NCBI RefSeq assembly: GCF_000014265.1
Contig: NC_008312.1
Location: forward strand, 6,360,001-6,392,000
DNA: 32,000 nt
Source of the DNA: Trichodesmium erythraeum IMS101
GTDB taxonomy: Bacteria; Cyanobacteriota; Cyanobacteriia; Cyanobacteriales; Microcoleaceae
Direction of reading: 5' to 3'
Below, piece after piece: positions 29,566-32,000 of the stretch. Below the pieces are notes generated by a model. The model was not told the origin of the DNA. It ran no database searches and saw nothing but the letters and a program-made list of their open reading frames with translations. The position numbers and the translations under genes are program-made. The stretch's first letter is position 1; the number at the start of each line of letters is the position of its first letter.

Positions 29566-29582
29566 TCTCATTATTAATGAGA
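29566..29582. promoter_or_regulatory. perfect 17-bp palindrome TCTCATTA-T-TAATGAGA upstream of nifW
   Basis: 8+1+8 perfect dyad read directly, ending 36 nt before the nifW ATG. The size and symmetry suit a dimeric DNA-binding protein site. It would also form a loop-constrained hairpin in RNA. Confidence 0.4.
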
Positions 29583-29618
29583 AATATCCACTATTAAATA
29601 ACACTGAGGTTCATCATC

Positions 29619-29930
29619 ATGAAAACATTAAAAAATTTCAACGAACTAGTAGATGCAGAAGACTTTCTCAATTTTTTTGAAATTCCTTTTGACCAAACAA
29701 CTGTAAATGTAAATCGCCTCCATATATTAAAAGTTTTCTCTTCAGCAATTGCAGAAGTTGACGAAAACACTAAACTGACTGAAACAGAAAAAATAACTGC
29801 ATATAAAGCAGGATTAGAATCAGCTTATAAAACTTTTTTGACATCTAATGCTCAAGAACAAAAAGTATTTCCAGTCTTTCAAAAAGAACACAAAGATGTG
29901 GTTAAATTAACAGAAATTAGTGCTGAGTAA
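29619..29930 (+). CDS. nifW: nitrogenase-stabilizing/protective protein NifW
   Basis: 103-aa ORF ...LVDAEDFLNFFEIPFDQTTVNVNRLHILKVF..., the NifW signature (AEDF..FF...D...V.V.RLHILK.F). Confidence 0.9.
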   Translation: MKTLKNFNELVDAEDFLNFFEIPFDQTTVNVNRLHILKVFSSAIAEVDENTKLTETEKITAYKAGLESAYKTFLTSNAQEQKVFPVFQKEHKDVVKLTEISAE

Positions 29931-29994
29931 GGAGAAAACTTTCACGAATAGATAAAGTTAATTGCCTCCAGCCCTTTTAAGGGGATCAAAAAAT

Positions 29995-30105
29995 AAATTT
30001 TGGGTTCAAGTCTCCCTATTGCTGGAGGTACTATTAATTAATAACTGAAATGATACTCCCAGGCTTTGGAGAGGAACCACAGCAGTGACTCAAGTCAACA
30101 ACAGC
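29995..30105 (+). repeat. decayed upstream copy of the hesA leader plus hesA 5' coding end (tandem duplication), containing a 12-codon uORF (30050-30088)
   Basis: 29995-30054 aligns with 30118-30186 (AAATTTTGG.., ..TATTGCT.GG.GTACT.., ATAACTGAAATGAT). 30055-30105 aligns with hesA codons 18-34 (30235-30285), with 5 substitutions in the 53 nt compared from the preceding AT. The 48 nt between two AAATGAT repeats of hesA are missing from the upstream copy. The uORF reads ATG ATA CTC CCA GGC TTT GGA GAG GAA CCA CAG CAG TGA = MILPGFGEEPQQ*. Confidence 0.8.
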
Positions 30106-30153
30106 TCTGGTCAAAGGAAATTTTGGATTTTAAGTTTCCTTATTGCTAGGGGT

Positions 30154-30181
30154 ACTGAATAACTGATAAGTAATAACTGAA
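30154..30181. repeat. degenerate heptamers ACTGAAT-AACTGAT-AAGTAAT-AACTGAA (reverse orientation of the CAGTTAT family), abutting the hesA start
   Basis: Read directly. The array ends at the base before the hesA ATG (30182). Confidence 0.65.
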
Positions 30182-31003
30182 ATGATCTCCAACCTTACAC
30201 CAAAAGAATTAGAACGTTATAGTCGTCAAATGATGCTCCCGGGCTTTGGAGAGGAAGCACAGCAACGACTCAAGTCAACAACAGCAGTAGTAACTGGAGT
30301 TGGTGGCTTAGGTGGCACGGTAGCATTGTATTTAGCAGTAGCAGGTATCGGGAAATTAATTTTAGTCCGAGGTGGAGAACTACGGCTTGATGACATGAAC
30401 CGTCAAATCTTGATGACAGACGACTGGGTGGGTAAAGTCCGAGTAGACAAAGCAAAGGAAACTCTATCTGCCATTAACCCAGATATTGAAATTGAAGCAG
30501 TTCCCGAATATGTTACGGCTGAAAATGTCGACCCATTGGTACAGTCTGCTGATATTGCTATAGACTGTGCCCACAACTTTGACGAACGGAATTTACTGAA
30601 TGCTGCCTGTGTACGTTGGCGCAAACCAATGGTGGAAGCTGCCATGAATAGTATGGAAGCTTATTTAACCACCATAGATCCTGGTAAAACTCCTTGTTTG
30701 TCTTGTCTGTTCCCAGAAAAACCACAGTGGGACAGACGTGGGTTCGGAGTATTGGGGATAGTTTCTGGAACTTTAGCTTGTCTAGCAGCTTCAGAAGCTA
30801 TCAAACAGATTACAGGATTTAGTAAACCCTTGTGGTCACAACTGCTAACAATGAATTTGGATAGCATGGAATTTGCTAAACTTCGCCCCTACCATGACCC
30901 CAACTGTCAGGTTTGCGGTTCTCTCAGTAGAGAATTAGTAGCTGACTCTATAGCTATTAAGAATAATTTTACGACAGAAATGATCACAACAAACAGTTTA
31001 TAG
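30182..31003 (+). CDS. hesA: HesA (MoeB/ThiF-family adenylyltransferase)
   Basis: 273-aa ORF with LERYSRQMMLPGFGEEAQQRLKSTTAVVTGVGGLGGTVALYLAVAGIGKLILV (ThiF/MoeB Rossmann GxGxxG) and CxxC pairs (PCLSCLF, CQVCG). nif-cluster position before hesB. Confidence 0.9.
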   Translation: MISNLTPKELERYSRQMMLPGFGEEAQQRLKSTTAVVTGVGGLGGTVALYLAVAGIGKLILVRGGELRLDDMNRQILMTDDWVGKVRVDKAKETLSAINPDIEIEAVPEYVTAENVDPLVQSADIAIDCAHNFDERNLLNAACVRWRKPMVEAAMNSMEAYLTTIDPGKTPCLSCLFPEKPQWDRRGFGVLGIVSGTLACLAASEAIKQITGFSKPLWSQLLTMNLDSMEFAKLRPYHDPNCQVCGSLSRELVADSIAIKNNFTTEMITTNSL

Positions 31004-31099
31004 TTAGACCTTTGGTTTAAGTTATAAATAAGGAATTAATATATACGGCAAGTTTAAAATATTTTAGGGTGTACGTTCGCGACAGCGATGTGCAGTAAG

Positions 31100-31183
31100 A
31101 TCAGACTGACACTGAGGCGATAACTTTCAAAATTCAGGGTGCACTTGTATGAGCAATACAATCAGTTTAAGTGTTAGTCTGAT
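31100..31183 (+). promoter_or_regulatory. long-stem hairpin in the hesA-hesB spacer
   Basis: ATCAGACTGACACT (31100-31113) pairs with AGTGTTAGTCTGAT (31170-31183): 14 pairs, one of them G.U in a plus-strand RNA. A nested hairpin TTGTAT-GAGCA-ATACAA lies at 31145-31161. Confidence 0.5.
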
Positions 31184-31311
31184 TTACCTATAGCCTCTTA
31201 AAGTAACATTTTTCCTGACAATACTAAATTCACTAAGCCAGACAAGAGACGGGTGTCGCCTATCTGGATAATTATTTTATCGGTAAGTATAAATTACTTT
31301 TCCTAAAGATT

Positions 31312-31662
31312 ATGACTCTGAGTTTAACAGAAAAAGCTGCTTCTCAACTGACAAAGTTCCTGCAAGACTCAAATCAAGGCATCCGCATCTCTGTTGTGGA
31401 TGGAGGTTGCAGTGGCTATCAATATTCCTTGAATATTGCTAATGCTCCTAAGACAGATGACTTGCTCCTTGAAAAAGATCAGTTACGAATATTTATAGAT
31501 CCTAAAAGCGCGCCTTTATTAGAAGGAGTTGTAGTTGACTACATAGAAAGTCTCACAGAAGGCGGTTTAAAGTTTATTAACCCCAACGCCACAGAAACTT
31601 GTAGTTGCGGAAAATCTTTCCAGGCAGGTAGCTGCACCCCCACAGCAGTACCTTGCAGTTAA
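31312..31662 (+). CDS. hesB: HesB/IscA-type iron-sulfur cluster assembly protein
   Basis: 116-aa ORF with IRISVVDGGCSGYQYSL and C-terminal NPNATETCSCGKSF, the HesB/IscA three-cysteine signature. Confidence 0.92.
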   Translation: MTLSLTEKAASQLTKFLQDSNQGIRISVVDGGCSGYQYSLNIANAPKTDDLLLEKDQLRIFIDPKSAPLLEGVVVDYIESLTEGGLKFINPNATETCSCGKSFQAGSCTPTAVPCS

Positions 31663-31713
31663 TATAGTTTTTAGCACTTAGTAATCACATTTAGCAAGTA
31701 AATCTTGTTAAAG

Positions 31714-31736
31714 TTGATAGCTGATAGCTGATAGCT
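31714..31736. repeat. heptamer repeat TTGATAG-CTGATAG-CTGATAG-CT (reverse orientation of the CAGCTAT family)
   Basis: Read directly, in the hesB-fdxH spacer, 44 nt before the fdxH ATG. Confidence 0.85.
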
Positions 31737-31779
31737 CATTCACACAATTTTTCATTAAACAAAAAGGAGAATAAAACCA

Positions 31780-32000
31780 ATGACTACTTATAAAGTAAGA
31801 TTAATCAAAGGCAAGAAAAACAAACCCCCAGAAATGGATGTCACCATCGATGTTGATGAGGATACCTATATACTAGATGCTGCCGACGAAGCAGGCATAG
31901 ATTTACCTGTTTCTTGCCGTGCTGGAGCTTGCTCTAGCTGCACTGGTAGATTAGTTGAAGGTGAAATAGATCAAGAAGACCAAAACTTCTTAGATGACGA
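31780..32000 (+). CDS. fdxH: plant-type [2Fe-2S] ferredoxin, nif-associated (FdxH-like); partial, runs off the right edge
   Basis: Absent from the ORF track (open at the edge). ATG at 31780 is preceded by AAGGAGA (31764-31770). The translation is [73 protein letters not shown], with the CRAGACSSC ferredoxin motif. Confidence 0.88.
   Translation, partial: MTTYKVRLIKGKKNKPPEMDVTIDVDEDTYILDAADEAGIDLPVSCRAGACSSCTGRLVEGEIDQEDQNFLDD

Noticed and set aside
30002-30016. tRNA T-arm-like GGTTCAAGTCTCCC
   Set aside because: No acceptor stem, D-arm or anticodon arm can be built around it. The second copy at 30124-30140 is degenerate (GGATTTTAAGTTTCC). It is simply part of the duplicated hesA leader.

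Overview
AT-rich cyanobacterial chromosomal segment. By eye I count 12 copies of the HIP1 octamer GCGATCGC, several heptanucleotide tandem repeats and unusually long non-coding spacers. This resembles a Trichodesmium-like filamentous diazotroph, but that is inference only because no search was possible.

Layout:
(i) 1-4736, minus strand: a polysaccharide-modification operon with two sulfotransferases (one disrupted by an in-frame TGA) and three glycosyltransferases.
(ii) rpmB and htpG (minus), flanked by ORF-free AT-rich tracts of 0.8-2.1 kb. One tract holds a GC-rich, probably structured element.
(iii) Accessory nif genes on the minus strand: nifZ-nifT, a DUF2949-like ORF, and nifP (serine acetyltransferase) with a coupled 92-aa ORF.
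(iv) Diverging from nifP, the main nif operon on the plus strand: nifB-nifS-nifU-nifH-nifD-nifK-nifEN (single fused ORF)-nifX-DUF269-nifW-hesA-hesB-fdxH. fdxH is cut by the right edge.

No fdxN, nifV or cnfR/patB is visible in the window.

I found no evidence for a new multi-gene protein system. The protein content is a recognisable nif cluster plus housekeeping and EPS genes, and the unexplained signals are non-coding.
- A precisely mirror-symmetric pair of about 280-bp regulatory modules upstream of the divergent nifP and nifB genes.
- A decayed tandem duplication of the hesA leader and 5' coding end, which creates a 12-codon uORF.
- A (CAGYTAT)n heptamer repeat family placed at gene boundaries.
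- Long hairpins in the nif spacers.
- A candidate structured RNA between htpG and rpmB.
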